Assembly (NCBI GenBank): GCA_964544535.1
Contig: CAZJCV010000004.1
Coordinates: 6,602 to 70,601, forward strand
DNA length: 64,000 nucleotides
From: an uncultured Lachnospiraceae bacterium
GTDB taxonomy: Bacteria > Bacillota > Clostridia > Lachnospirales > Lachnospiraceae
Direction: 5' to 3'
The translations under genes were made by a program, and so were the position numbers. Numbering within the stretch: position 1 is the first letter of the stretch; every line of letters begins with the position of its first letter. A model generated the notes under the pieces. That model had not been told where the DNA came from, did no database searches, and saw only the letters and a program-made list of their open reading frames with translations. Positions 38,120 through 48,781 of this stretch are shown piece after piece.

Positions 38120-39370
38120 ATGTTTTTAAAATTAATAAGATGGATTAGAGGATATCTGCTTATAAACATAAATACAAATATGCATAATTCACCTGAACGT
38201 TTCATAAACATGTGTAATCATAATAATATTTACATATGGAATCTTCAAAACATAAGTGGAAATTATCAATTTGAGTTGTTATTGAAAGATTATAAAAGAC
38301 TTAAGCCTATTGCGAGGAAAACACACACCTTACCATATATAAAGAAAAAATGTGGTTTTCCTTTTATTATGCAAAAATACAAAAAAAAGAAAGCCTTTAT
38401 AACTGGTTTTATTATTTTTTTTATAATAATTTATATATTATCACTTAATATATGGAATATTAGTATTAATGGCCAACGAAGTTATACAAAAGAAACTCTT
38501 ATGGATTTTTTGTATAGTCAGGATGTTTATGTTGGTAAAAAAGCAAGAGATATTGATTGCAGGAAAATCGAAGAGAATATAAGAGAAAATTATGTGGATA
38601 TTGGTTGGGTTTCAGCAGAAATTAAAGGAACAAATTTAATAATTGATATACGAGAAACCAAAATACCAGAAAAAGTAATGTCAAACACAAGTCCGAGTCA
38701 TATAATTGCTAGTAAGAATGGTATAATTACTAAGATTGTAACGCGAAGAGGAACTCCCCTTGTTAAAGTTGGAGATACTGTAAAAAAGGGAGATATACTT
38801 GTAATGGGAGTAGTTGATGTTATTGGAGATAATGACATTATAGTAAATAAAAAGGCAGTAGTTGCAGATGCTGATATACTTGGAAAAACATATTATAAAT
38901 ATAAAGACTCATTTTCGCTTACTTATAAGAAAAAAGAATATACTAATAAAAATAAAACAAATCATAGCTTAAGAATTTTCTCAAAAGAAATATATTTATA
39001 CAAATATAGAAATACATATGATAAATGTGATATAATAACCGATGAATATATTTTTCAACCTATAAAGAATTTTTACTTACCTTTTTCTTATACTAAAGTT
39101 GTTTTTGAAGAATATAAAGAAGTTGATAAAAAATATCAAAAAGAAGACGCACGAAATCTTGCAAAATCAAAGCTTAATCGTGTTTTAAATAAATTAGAAG
39201 AAAAAGACATCTTAGTACTTGAACATAATGTTAATACAGACATAAATAATGATTATTCTATTAGTATGGGTGATATAATTGTAGAAGAATCTCTTGTTGA
39301 TTATAAAAAAGTACAGGAAAGTGAATGGAGGATGGAAGAAAAGGATGAGCTTAATGGAAACAGTGATTGA
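38120..39370 (+). CDS. yqfD: Sporulation protein YqfD
   Basis: The 416-aa product has a central TM helix and YqfD-like architecture (…NIWNISINGQRSYTKE…ASKNGIITKI…GTPLVKVGDTVKKGDILV). It is syntenic with yqfC and phoH. Confidence 0.8.
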   Translation: MFLKLIRWIRGYLLININTNMHNSPERFINMCNHNNIYIWNLQNISGNYQFELLLKDYKRLKPIARKTHTLPYIKKKCGFPFIMQKYKKKKAFITGFIIFFIIIYILSLNIWNISINGQRSYTKETLMDFLYSQDVYVGKKARDIDCRKIEENIRENYVDIGWVSAEIKGTNLIIDIRETKIPEKVMSNTSPSHIIASKNGIITKIVTRRGTPLVKVGDTVKKGDILVMGVVDVIGDNDIIVNKKAVVADADILGKTYYKYKDSFSLTYKKKEYTNKNKTNHSLRIFSKEIYLYKYRNTYDKCDIITDEYIFQPIKNFYLPFSYTKVVFEEYKEVDKKYQKEDARNLAKSKLNRVLNKLEEKDILVLEHNVNTDINNDYSISMGDIIVEESLVDYKKVQESEWRMEEKDELNGNSD

Positions 39371-40316
39371 TCTACCAGTAAAACATCAAAAAAATGTATT
39401 TGGACAGTTGGATTCCTATATTAAAACCATTGAGAAAAATTTAAATGTTAGCTTAATTATTCGAGATGATGAAATAAAATTAGTTGGTGAAAGTGATAAT
39501 GTTGATAAGGCAAAAAAGGTATTTAAGGAACTATTCGAGCTTTCAAAGAATGGGAATGAAATTACAGACCAGAATGTCAACTATGCTTTATCATTAGCTA
39601 TGGATGACAAAACTGGTTCTTTAATTGAGATAGATAAAGATATTATTAGTCACACTATAAATGGAAAGCCTATCAAACCTAAAACCTTAGGCCAAAAAGA
39701 ATATGTTGATAAGATTCGAAGTAAAATGATCACTTTTGGAATTGGACCAGCAGGGACAGGAAAAACATACCTTGCCATAGCTATGGCTGTTAAGGCTTTT
39801 AAAAATGATGATGTAAATAGGATTATATTAACTAGGCCCGCTATAGAGGCTGGTGAGAAACTAGGATTTTTACCAGGTGATTTGCAAAGTAAAGTTGATC
39901 CTTATTTAAGACCTTTGTACGATGCATTAAATCAAATAATGGGACAAGAATCATTTGAAAGGAATGTTGAAAAAGGGATAATTGAAGTAGCACCTTTAGC
40001 ATATATGAGAGGAAGAACGTTAGATAATTCATTTATTATTCTTGATGAGTCACAAAATACAACACCTACACAGATGAAGATGTTCTTAACAAGAATTGGT
40101 TATGGTTCAAAAGCCGTTGTAAATGGAGACTTAACTCAAAAAGATTTACCTTCCAATACTGAGTCAGGATTGGAAAATGCAATCAAGATTTTAAGCAAAA
40201 TAGATGATCTAGGCTTTTCCTATCTTACTGATAAGGATGTTGTAAGACATCCATTAGTTCAAAAGATAGTTAAGGCATACGATGCTTTTAATATGGAGAA
40301 AACATATGACAATTAA
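39345..40316 (+). CDS. phoH: PhoH-family ATPase (PhoH/YbeZ)
   Basis: The product shows Walker A GPAGTGKTYLA, ILTRPAIEAGEKLGFLPGD and IILDESQN. The start is the ATG at 39345 or the in-frame ATG at 39354, which has an AAGGA SD 8 nt upstream. The gene overlaps the yqfD 3' end. Confidence 0.9.
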   Translation: MSLMETVIDLPVKHQKNVFGQLDSYIKTIEKNLNVSLIIRDDEIKLVGESDNVDKAKKVFKELFELSKNGNEITDQNVNYALSLAMDDKTGSLIEIDKDIISHTINGKPIKPKTLGQKEYVDKIRSKMITFGIGPAGTGKTYLAIAMAVKAFKNDDVNRIILTRPAIEAGEKLGFLPGDLQSKVDPYLRPLYDALNQIMGQESFERNVEKGIIEVAPLAYMRGRTLDNSFIILDESQNTTPTQMKMFLTRIGYGSKAVVNGDLTQKDLPSNTESGLENAIKILSKIDDLGFSYLTDKDVVRHPLVQKIVKAYDAFNMEKTYDN

Positions 40317-40809
40317 CATAGAATATGAAAGTAAGATATCATTAGACTTAGACTATAAGGCTATAATAGAAAGTATAGTCCTTAAAGCATTAGACATTGA
40401 AGAATGTCCTTATGAAGTAGAGCTAAGCATTATACTAACTGATAATGAAGATATCAAAGAAATTAATAAAACATACAGGAATATAGATGAACCGACGGAT
40501 GTTTTGTCTTTTCCCATGATTGAATTTAATAAAGCTGGTGATTTTTCTGCCTTAGAAGAATGCTTAAATGAGTATTTTAACCCAGAAACAGGTGAATTAT
40601 TATTAGGTGATATTATAATATCAGTTGAAAAAGTTATGGAACAGGCAGAAGAGTTTGGTCATTCTCTAAAACGGGAATTGGCCTTTTTAATGGCTCATAG
40701 TATGCTTCATTTGTTCGGATATGATCATAATGATAATATTAATATTGAAAATTTAGCTATGGAGAAAAAGCAGGAATATATTTTGCAAACACTACAAATT
40801 GGGAGGTAA
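40306..40809 (+). CDS. ybeY: rRNA maturation RNase YbeY
   Basis: The zinc motif reads HSMLHLFGYDH. The ATG at 40306 lies 6 nt after GGAGA and overlaps the phoH end. Confidence 0.92.
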   Translation: MTINIEYESKISLDLDYKAIIESIVLKALDIEECPYEVELSIILTDNEDIKEINKTYRNIDEPTDVLSFPMIEFNKAGDFSALEECLNEYFNPETGELLLGDIIISVEKVMEQAEEFGHSLKRELAFLMAHSMLHLFGYDHNDNINIENLAMEKKQEYILQTLQIGR

Positions 40810-40818
40810 GAGCATCTG

Positions 40819-41901
40819 ATGAAAAAGAAGGCAGGAATTATACTACTATTATTTTGTTTTATATTTGTTATGGGGTGTAATAAAAAAGAAGATCCTATAG
40901 ATTCAAAGGAGGAAGAAACTGATGATGCAAATCAGACTATAGAGCCCTCAGAAGAAGTAACTGAGGAAAACATGGAAATAATTCCAGATGGATATGCTAA
41001 AAGTAGATTAACAGGGCTATACGTGCCAAAAGATGCTGCATCAAGTAGACCATATGCAATTATGATTAGCAATATTAAAGTAGTTAATCCTCAAAGTGGA
41101 ATAGAGGAGGCTTCAATCTTATATGAATCTTTAGTTGAAGGTGGAATAACCAGACATATGGGAGTTTTTGAAGAGTTTCATCCAGAGAGAATAGGTTCAG
41201 TTAGAAGTGGTAGACAATATTTTGCAAGTATTGCTGATGAATATGATGCTATCTTAGTTAGTTTTGGGGAATCTTCTTATTGCACTGAAAAAATTAAGGA
41301 ACTTAATCTAAATCAACTTAGTGGATTACGTGGTGAGGGATCAACGGTTTTTTATCGTGATAATAGTATTAAAGCACCTCATAATGCATTTACAAGTAAA
41401 GAAGGCTTAGCAAAAGGAATAGCAAAAAAAGAATTTAGAACGGCTTATGATGAAAAATTAAACAATCATTTTTCATTTTATAATACAGATACAGATCTTT
41501 TGAGTGATCAAAATGTTAATAAGCTTACTTTAAAGTTTTCTTCTTATACATCTCCGTATTTTACATATGATGCTGAAAACAAAACTTATTTAAGATTTCA
41601 ACATGGTGGTGCTCATATTGATGCTAACTCATCTAAGCAATTAGAATTTAAAAACATTATAGTTCAATTTGTAGATGGGTTTTCAATAGATGAGACCAAA
41701 AGTTTTTCATTTAAGCAAGCAGAAGGAGAAGGATATTATATATCTAATGGCAAGGCAGTTCCAATTACATGGGACAAAAAAGAAAGTGACCGAAGCATGA
41801 TATATTACGATTCAAATAAGAACATGTTAGAAATTAATCCAGGGAAAACATATATTGCAATTTTTCCAGCTAGTAGAACTTCAGATGTAGTATTTGAATA
41901 A
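40819..41901 (+). CDS. DUF3048 (YerB-like) lipoprotein
   Basis: The signal peptide carries a lipobox (LFCFIFVMGC). The DUF3048-type core reads RPYAIMISNIKVVNPQSGIEEASILYESLVEGGITRHMGVF. Confidence 0.75.
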   Translation: MKKKAGIILLLFCFIFVMGCNKKEDPIDSKEEETDDANQTIEPSEEVTEENMEIIPDGYAKSRLTGLYVPKDAASSRPYAIMISNIKVVNPQSGIEEASILYESLVEGGITRHMGVFEEFHPERIGSVRSGRQYFASIADEYDAILVSFGESSYCTEKIKELNLNQLSGLRGEGSTVFYRDNSIKAPHNAFTSKEGLAKGIAKKEFRTAYDEKLNNHFSFYNTDTDLLSDQNVNKLTLKFSSYTSPYFTYDAENKTYLRFQHGGAHIDANSSKQLEFKNIIVQFVDGFSIDETKSFSFKQAEGEGYYISNGKAVPITWDKKESDRSMIYYDSNKNMLEINPGKTYIAIFPASRTSDVVFE

Positions 41902-41961
41902 ATTGATTAACTAGATTATAATACATAAGATAAAACATTGGCAGGTACTTTGGAGGATTTT

Positions 41962-43596
41962 ATGGCAAGTAAAAAAATGAATAATAATTTTTTAGTACAA
42001 GGTGGGATACTAGCAACCGCAGCAATTCTTGTACGTTTTATAGGGTTATTATATAGGGCTCCATTAATTAATTTGATAGGTAAAGAAGGAATGGGATACT
42101 ATTCAAATGCCTATTATATATATAATATTGCTTTGTTGATATCTTCCTATAGTCTACCTTTGGCAGTATCAAAGTTGGTTGCATCTAGAACTATTAAGAA
42201 GCAGCATCGCAATTCTTTTCGTATTTTTATGACAGCATTAGTTATTGGCGCTACTGTTGGCTTGATAGCATCATTATCAGTTTTTTTTGGTGCAGATTAT
42301 TTGGCAGTAAAAATTTTAGAATCACCAAGATCTGCAATACCACTTAAAGTATTAGCGCCAACAATATTTGTATTTGCAATTATGGGTGTGCTAAGAGGTT
42401 TTTTTCAAGGCAATAACTCCATGGTTCAAACCTCAGCTTCACAGGTAATTGAACAAATAGTTAATGCTATAGTTTCTATTGTAGCCGCTTATTATCTCAT
42501 TGAGCGTTTTAGCTTATCAGAAGATGCATCAGCTTATGGAGCGGCAGGGGCAACACTTGGAACCTTATTAGGGGCTATTGCATCTTTAATGTTTTTAATT
42601 TTTGTTTTTTTACTAAATCGAAAATTTATTAAAAGGAAAATTGTTTCAGATACTTCTAATTATGTTGATTCTTATGTAATGATAAGTAAAATGCTTGCTA
42701 TTACAGTGATACCAGTTATCTTAAGCCAGACTGTATATCAGTTGACTGGTATTATAGATTCATCTATTTTTAATAAGATTATGGCTAGTCAAGGACATGT
42801 AGAAGAAGTTAGAGGTGCTTTAATTGGACTTTATAGTACGATATTTCTTTTACTAACTAATGTGCCAGTTTCTATTGCTTCTGCTCTAGCTACAGCTATT
42901 GTGCCTAGTATTGTTATATCTATTACTAATGGAATGATGATGGAAGTAAAAAATAAAATAGGCTTAGGAATAAAGAGTACTATGATGGTAGCTTTTCCGT
43001 CTGCTGCAGGATTGACTGTTTTAGCATCACCTATTATACAGTTAATATTTAGACGTGTTGAAGTTGAATTACCAGCAAAAATGTTGCAAATTGGTTCTAT
43101 AGCTATTATCTTTTTCGTATTTTCAACAATAACTAATGGTATACTACAAGGCTTAGATAAAATGCATATACCAATAATTCATTCAGCTATATCTCTTGCC
43201 ATACATATTGTTTTTATGTATTTATTATTGACTTATGGGAAAATAGGAATATATGCTCTGGTAATTGGTAATATTTCATTTCCTTTAGTTGTTTGTATAT
43301 TAAATTGGTTATATATTAGAAGGCTTTTGGATTATCAACAAGAAATAAGGAAGACATTTATTGTTCCTTTTATAAGTTCTCTTATAATGGGTATTGTTGC
43401 CTTTCTTGCATATAGAGGTCTTTATGCTCTAGTTTTGTCTAATGCTATTAGTTGTATTGTGGCAATTATATTAGCTGTATTTGTTTACTTTGTATTACTG
43501 ATAACTTTAAAAGGAATTACAGAAGATGAACTTTATAAGCTACCAAAAGGTAAAATGGTAATTAAAATAGCAAGAAGACTTTTTTTAATTAGATAA
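41962..43596 (+). CDS. MOP-superfamily polysaccharide/lipid II flippase (SpoVB/MurJ-like)
   Basis: The protein is polytopic (about 14 TM helices) with a SpoVB-like N-terminus (FLVQGGILATAAILVRFIGLLYRAPL...GMGYY). The ATG at 41962 follows GGAGG. Confidence 0.8.
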   Translation: MASKKMNNNFLVQGGILATAAILVRFIGLLYRAPLINLIGKEGMGYYSNAYYIYNIALLISSYSLPLAVSKLVASRTIKKQHRNSFRIFMTALVIGATVGLIASLSVFFGADYLAVKILESPRSAIPLKVLAPTIFVFAIMGVLRGFFQGNNSMVQTSASQVIEQIVNAIVSIVAAYYLIERFSLSEDASAYGAAGATLGTLLGAIASLMFLIFVFLLNRKFIKRKIVSDTSNYVDSYVMISKMLAITVIPVILSQTVYQLTGIIDSSIFNKIMASQGHVEEVRGALIGLYSTIFLLLTNVPVSIASALATAIVPSIVISITNGMMMEVKNKIGLGIKSTMMVAFPSAAGLTVLASPIIQLIFRRVEVELPAKMLQIGSIAIIFFVFSTITNGILQGLDKMHIPIIHSAISLAIHIVFMYLLLTYGKIGIYALVIGNISFPLVVCILNWLYIRRLLDYQQEIRKTFIVPFISSLIMGIVAFLAYRGLYALVLSNAISCIVAIILAVFVYFVLLITLKGITEDELYKLPKGKMVIKIARRLFLIR

Positions 43597-43669
43597 TAAA
43601 TCTGTCACGCTGTCTCCATTGTATAAAATAGAAATAATGGTAAAGACTAATATCAAAGGAGTGATTAGC

Positions 43670-44434
43670 GTGAATGGCAAAAAGATATTAGTATATTTTC
43701 TTGGTTTTTTATCATTATCCCTTATATTTACGGCAGGTTATTATTTTAGTTATAAAAAAGCTTTAGAAGATTTTAATAGAAATGCAGATAAAAGAAATAA
43801 TGAACTTTTCACTTCGTTAGAAGAGAAAGGTTTGTTAATAATTCAAGATGATAATTATGCATCTATAAACAATCAGGATAAAAGTCAATTATCACAAGAG
43901 AAGGATGTAGTCTTAGAAGCGAATTCAGATACAACAACTCAAGAGGAAGATAGATCAGATGATGGAAGAGAAGTCGACAATATAGAGGAGACAATAGTGC
44001 TTCCAACTACTAAATATATATTACAAACATATAATGCTTCTACAGCAGAAAAAACTGATGAAGTTCTTAAGCCACCTAGTTTTCTAGTGGGATTGAATAG
44101 AGAAGAGGTTATTGAATATTTAGACAATTATATGGAAGACTTACCTTGGAATGAGTTTAAGCAAGGCCTGACTGCATATGAACTGCTTTTATTTTCTGAT
44201 AAGGAAATACTTATTCGTAAAACATATAATTCTGATTTGATAGAGTATGAATATTATATAAAGGCGGTAGATGATAATATTGTTGTTTACTACAGTGATC
44301 AAAAAACTGTGTATGAATACACAAATATGTCAATTATTAATTTGACTGAAGAAGAAAAACAAGAATTAGAGGAAGGTTACTTTATTAAAGACCTTACTGA
44401 ACTATATGATATACTAGAAAATTATACTAGTTAA
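43670..44434 (+). CDS. Hypothetical membrane-anchored protein
   Basis: The GTG at 43670 lies 8 nt after AAAGGAG. The protein has one N-terminal TM helix (ILVYFLGFLSLSLIFTAGYYF), an acidic/Ser-Thr linker and a C-terminal globular part. I do not recognise a family with confidence. Confidence 0.55.
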   Translation: MNGKKILVYFLGFLSLSLIFTAGYYFSYKKALEDFNRNADKRNNELFTSLEEKGLLIIQDDNYASINNQDKSQLSQEKDVVLEANSDTTTQEEDRSDDGREVDNIEETIVLPTTKYILQTYNASTAEKTDEVLKPPSFLVGLNREEVIEYLDNYMEDLPWNEFKQGLTAYELLLFSDKEILIRKTYNSDLIEYEYYIKAVDDNIVVYYSDQKTVYEYTNMSIINLTEEEKQELEEGYFIKDLTELYDILENYTS

Positions 44435-44440
44435 GCTATT

Positions 44441-44482
44441 GGGATACAGGACAAGTTCATTGTCACTGTGTCCCATCTTTTT
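44441..44482 (+). terminator. Rho-independent terminator
   Basis: The hairpin GGGATACAGGACAA / TTGTCACTGTGTCCC (44441-44474) is followed by ATCTTTTT. Confidence 0.65.
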
Positions 44483-44551
44483 AGACTTGAATTATTGATA
44501 GGTTCTGCTAAAATGGACTTATTATATTTAGCTCTGTGAGAGGTGTTTTGT

Positions 44552-45763
44552 TTGAAGGATATAGTTGTAGTAGGTGGTGGAGCTTCAGGCCTAATGGTGG
44601 CTATTGTAGCAGCTAGAAGAGGCAGAAGTGTTAGCATAATCGAATATAAAGAAAGAGTTGGAAAGAAAATTCTTGCTACAGGTAATGGGAGATGTAATTA
44701 TACGAACTCCAATATGGACATTTCTTGTTTTCGCAGTGACAATATAAACTTTGTAAGCTCTGTTTTAGAGGATTTTTCATATTATGATACGATTGATTTC
44801 TTTATGAACCTAGGTATATATCCCAAGGACATTAATGGTTATATATATCCTAATTCACAGCAAGCATTGGCTGTTAGGGAAGTTTTGGAATTAGAAGCAC
44901 TTTATTTAGGCGTTGATATTATTTGTGATATTAAGGTTGAACATATAAAAAAGAATGGTGAACACTTTATTTTAAAAACTAATCATAGTGATTACAAGGC
45001 TAAAAAAATAGTCCTTGCAACAGGAGGATCTGCTTCGAAGAATTTAGGATCTGATGGTAGTGGATTTAAACTTGCAAAAGAACTAGGACATAAGATTATT
45101 AAGCCCTTACCAGCCTTAGTACAGTTGAAAACTGACGATAGTAATTTTAAAATGATAGCAGGCGTTAGAAGTCAAGCTTATATTGAACTTTATATTGATG
45201 ATAAGTTAGCATCTACTGAAATTGGAGAATTACAATTTACCAAATATGGAGTCTCTGGCATCCCTATATTTCAAATTAGCAGATATGCATCAAAAGCTTT
45301 AGATAAATCTCAAAAAGTTAGCTTAAAGATTGATTTACTATATGATTTAGACTGGAAAGCTACTATGGATTTACTTGAAAAAAGAATTATTATTAATCCT
45401 TATAAGAATATAGAAGAAATCTTTTATGGTTTATTTAATAATAAATTGATTTTATACATATTAAAGAGAACTGGCATTTTTTCTAAGTTAGAAGCTAAGA
45501 AGATTAGTAAAGGGCAATTAATAAGCCTTGTGAACATAATTAAGAATTTTGAAGTTGATATTGTTGAAACCAATTCTTTTGATAGTGCACAAGCTACCTG
45601 TGGTGGTATTGATACCACACAGGTGAGTAAAAGAACAATGGAGTCTAAGCTTATACCTGGTCTTTATTTTTCGGGTGAAATACTTGATGTTGATGGGATT
45701 TGTGGTGGATATAATCTCCAATGGGCTTGGTCAAGTGGATTTCTTGCAGGCAATTATGTTTAG
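44552..45763 (+). CDS. HI0933/YhiN-family FAD-dependent oxidoreductase
   Basis: The Rossmann motif reads DIVVVGGGASGLMVA, and the C-terminal part shows GGIDT...GLYFSGEILDVDGICGGYNLQWAWSSG. The TTG at 44552 lies 9 nt after GAGAGG, whereas the ORF-track GTG at 44543 abuts the SD. Confidence 0.8.
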   Translation: MKDIVVVGGGASGLMVAIVAARRGRSVSIIEYKERVGKKILATGNGRCNYTNSNMDISCFRSDNINFVSSVLEDFSYYDTIDFFMNLGIYPKDINGYIYPNSQQALAVREVLELEALYLGVDIICDIKVEHIKKNGEHFILKTNHSDYKAKKIVLATGGSASKNLGSDGSGFKLAKELGHKIIKPLPALVQLKTDDSNFKMIAGVRSQAYIELYIDDKLASTEIGELQFTKYGVSGIPIFQISRYASKALDKSQKVSLKIDLLYDLDWKATMDLLEKRIIINPYKNIEEIFYGLFNNKLILYILKRTGIFSKLEAKKISKGQLISLVNIIKNFEVDIVETNSFDSAQATCGGIDTTQVSKRTMESKLIPGLYFSGEILDVDGICGGYNLQWAWSSGFLAGNYV

Positions 45764-45815
45764 ATAGACTTTAAGAAGTATAATATAAATGCAAACATAT
45801 ATAGAAAGGGAAGAT

Positions 45816-46673
45816 ATGAAAAATCACAGGAAAACTTTTAAAGATAAAAAAAGAATTGTAATAAAGATTGGTTCTAGCTCTCTAACTCATCCCGAGACAG
45901 GTTCAATTAATTTAATAAAGTTGGAGAAGCTAGTTAGAATTCTTACAGACTTAAAAAATATGGGTAAAGACGTAGTTCTTGTATCATCAGGTGCAATTGC
46001 CGTAGGTAGACAAGCCCTTAATATTTCTGAAAAACCAAAGAAAAAATCATTAAATCAAGCTTGTGCAGCTATAGGTCAAACAAGATTAATGATGGTATAC
46101 CAAAAGCTTTTTGCAGAGTACAACCAGATTCCAGCTCAAATTTTAATGACCAAGGATACTATGATTAATCCTATCAGTAGAGATAACGCTTATAATACAT
46201 TTGAAGAACTTTTTCAATTGGGAGTAATTCCAATTGTTAATGAAAATGATACTGTGTCTACAGATGAAATTGAATTTGGTGATAATGATACTTTATCAGC
46301 CATAGTTACGGCATTAATAAATGCGGATTTATTAATACTACTTTCTGATATAGATGGATTATTTACAGATGATCCAAATGTAAATAAAGAAGCAAAATTT
46401 ATTGAATATGTAGAGTACATAGATAAAGAATTAGAAGAAATGTGCAAAGGAAGTAATGGTTCACTAGGTACAGGCGGAATGGCTACTAAGATATCTGCAG
46501 CTAGAATTGCTACTGATTCAGGGGCTGATATGGTTATAGCTAATGGACAAGACTTTTACATCGTAGAAGATATTATAAATGGCGAAAAAGTGGGCACATT
46601 ATTTACGGCACATAAAAATAATAATTTTGTTTTATTAGATTATATAAAAACACCCCAGTATAATAGGTGTTAG
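45816..46673 (+). CDS. proB: Glutamate 5-kinase
   Basis: The product shows KRIVIKIGSSSLT, VSSGAIAVG, NENDTVS and GTGGMATKI. The ATG at 45816 follows AAAGGGAAG. Confidence 0.9.
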   Translation: MKNHRKTFKDKKRIVIKIGSSSLTHPETGSINLIKLEKLVRILTDLKNMGKDVVLVSSGAIAVGRQALNISEKPKKKSLNQACAAIGQTRLMMVYQKLFAEYNQIPAQILMTKDTMINPISRDNAYNTFEELFQLGVIPIVNENDTVSTDEIEFGDNDTLSAIVTALINADLLILLSDIDGLFTDDPNVNKEAKFIEYVEYIDKELEEMCKGSNGSLGTGGMATKISAARIATDSGADMVIANGQDFYIVEDIINGEKVGTLFTAHKNNNFVLLDYIKTPQYNRC

Positions 46674-46718
46674 TAAGTTTAATATAAGGCGAAGAAAAGT
46701 AAAAAAGAAGGTGACAAA

Positions 46719-46946
46719 ATGAACAATAACGGACTTAATTTGGATAGAATTAATGAACTTTACAGAAAATCTAAGGAATCTGGTCTTACTCCTGAGGAGA
46801 AAAAAGAGCAAAAGGAACTTAGGGAAATATATATTCAATCAGTTAGAAGAAATCTAAGAGGTCAGTTAGAAAATGTATCTATAGTTGAGAAGGATGGTTC
46901 AATCACTTCATTGTCTAAGAAAGGGTCAGACAATTTTGATAAGTAA
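46719..46946 (+). CDS. DUF896 / UPF0291 (YnzC-like) small protein
   Basis: The 75-aa product shows LDRINELYRKSKESGLTPEEKKEQKELREIYIQSVRRNLRGQLE, typical of this family. Confidence 0.75.
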   Translation: MNNNGLNLDRINELYRKSKESGLTPEEKKEQKELREIYIQSVRRNLRGQLENVSIVEKDGSITSLSKKGSDNFDK

Positions 46947-47490
46947 AAAGGAAATTAGAAAACAAATTAGTGAAAAAAAACTTAATTATCCTATAGAAGA
47001 AATTAAAAGTAAGAGTAATATTATTATTAACAAACTTTTAAATACCAAAGAATACAAAGATTGCCACACGATTTTTACATATGTCTCCTTTAATCAGGAA
47101 GTAAATACTAGAAATCTAATAAAAGGTAATTTAGGACAGAAAAAAATTGCAGTTCCAAAGATAGCAGATAATAAAATGTGTTTTTATTATATTAATTCAT
47201 TAGACAACTTAAGAGCGGGCACAATGGGTATACTAGAACCAGTTACTAAGGAATTAGCAATTCCCAAGGAAGGTGACTTATTTATTGTTCCAGGGCTGGC
47301 TTTTGATAAAAACAAAAACAGAATTGGATATGGTGGAGGTTATTATGACAAGTATTTTTGGAAGTATAAACATGTGAATTTTCATAAAATTGCATTAGCC
47401 TTTGATTTTCAAATTATAAGAGATATAGCAATTGATGAGTATGATGTTAAATTAGACAGTATTATAAGTCCAAAGAAAACTATTTATTAA
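46936..47490 (+). CDS. 5-formyltetrahydrofolate cyclo-ligase
   Basis: The product shows KKEIRKQI..., [24 protein letters not shown] prefer the TTG at 46936 as the start because it gives the family-typical N-terminus. The ORF-track ATG at 46885 would overlap the DUF896 gene by 62 nt. Confidence 0.72.
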   Translation: MISKKEIRKQISEKKLNYPIEEIKSKSNIIINKLLNTKEYKDCHTIFTYVSFNQEVNTRNLIKGNLGQKKIAVPKIADNKMCFYYINSLDNLRAGTMGILEPVTKELAIPKEGDLFIVPGLAFDKNKNRIGYGGGYYDKYFWKYKHVNFHKIALAFDFQIIRDIAIDEYDVKLDSIISPKKTIY

Positions 47491-47513
47491 GATTTAGAAG
47501 GAAGGAAGATTAT

Positions 47514-48758
47514 ATGGATTATTTATTAGATTTAGGTAAAAAAGCAAAAGATTCGGCTACAATATTGAATAAATTAAGTCAAAAAGAAAAAAATAAAGGA
47601 CTTTATGAAGTAAGTAAAGCAATTGCTGAAAATGAAGATTATATTTTGTCTGCAAATAAAGTTGACATTGAAAATGCTAAAAAAAATGCTATGAAGGAAT
47701 CGCTAATAGACAGATTATCTTTAGACCATGATAGACTAAATGGAATGTCTTCAGGCTTGTTGGATGTTGCAAAGCTTGAGGATCCAATTGGAGAGATATC
47801 ATCTATAAAGGAACGTCCAAATGGATTAAAGATTGGTCAAATGAGAGTTCCTATGGGTGTAATTGGTATTATATATGAATCAAGACCTAATGTAACTGCA
47901 GATGCTTTCGGTTTATGTTTTAAGACAAATAATGCTGTTATCTTACGTGGTGGAAGCGACGCTATTAATTCTAATAAAGCAATAGTAGAAGTTATACAAG
48001 GAGCTTTAGAAGTAGCAGGCTTACCTAAGTATGCTATTCAATTAATAGAAGATACAAGCAGGGAAGTTGCTAGCCAAATGATGAAGCTAAATGAATATAT
48101 TGATGTTTTAATACCAAGAGGTGGTGCTGGACTGATCAAATCGGTTATAGAAAACTCTACAATTCCAGTTATTGAAACAGGAACAGGAAATTGTCATACA
48201 TATGTAGATAGATATGCAGATTTGAAAATGGCCTTGGATATAATTATAAATGCAAAAACACAGAGGCTTGGAGTTTGTAATGCTTGTGAATCACTAGTAA
48301 TTGATAAGCATATAGCAAAAGATTTTATACCAGTCTTATATAAAGAACTAAGAGCTAACAAAATAGAGCTACGTGGTGATGAACTTTCTAGACAAATTGT
48401 TGCAGATATCATTCCAGCCAAAGAAGAAGATTATGCAAGAGAATATTTAGATAGAATTATTTCGCTTAAGATTGTAGATTCTATAGATGAGGCTATAGCC
48501 CATATTAATTATTATAATACTAAGCACTCTGAAGCTATAATTACTGATAATTATAATAATTCTATGAAGTTTCTTAATGAAGTAGATGCGGCAGCAGTTT
48601 ATGTTAATGCATCAACAAGATTTACTGATGGTGCTGAATTCGGACTTGGAGCTGAAATAGGCATTAGTACACAAAAACTACATGCTAGAGGTCCAATGGG
48701 ATTAAATGCCCTTACAACAACAAAATATATTATTTTAGGTAATGGACATATCAGATAA
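47514..48758 (+). CDS. proA: Glutamate-5-semialdehyde dehydrogenase
   Basis: The 414-aa product shows [13 protein letters not shown] and the catalytic region CNACESLVI. Confidence 0.95.
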   Translation: MDYLLDLGKKAKDSATILNKLSQKEKNKGLYEVSKAIAENEDYILSANKVDIENAKKNAMKESLIDRLSLDHDRLNGMSSGLLDVAKLEDPIGEISSIKERPNGLKIGQMRVPMGVIGIIYESRPNVTADAFGLCFKTNNAVILRGGSDAINSNKAIVEVIQGALEVAGLPKYAIQLIEDTSREVASQMMKLNEYIDVLIPRGGAGLIKSVIENSTIPVIETGTGNCHTYVDRYADLKMALDIIINAKTQRLGVCNACESLVIDKHIAKDFIPVLYKELRANKIELRGDELSRQIVADIIPAKEEDYAREYLDRIISLKIVDSIDEAIAHINYYNTKHSEAIITDNYNNSMKFLNEVDAAAVYVNASTRFTDGAEFGLGAEIGISTQKLHARGPMGLNALTTTKYIILGNGHIR

Positions 48759-48781
48759 GAAATACAGACTTTGGAGGATTT

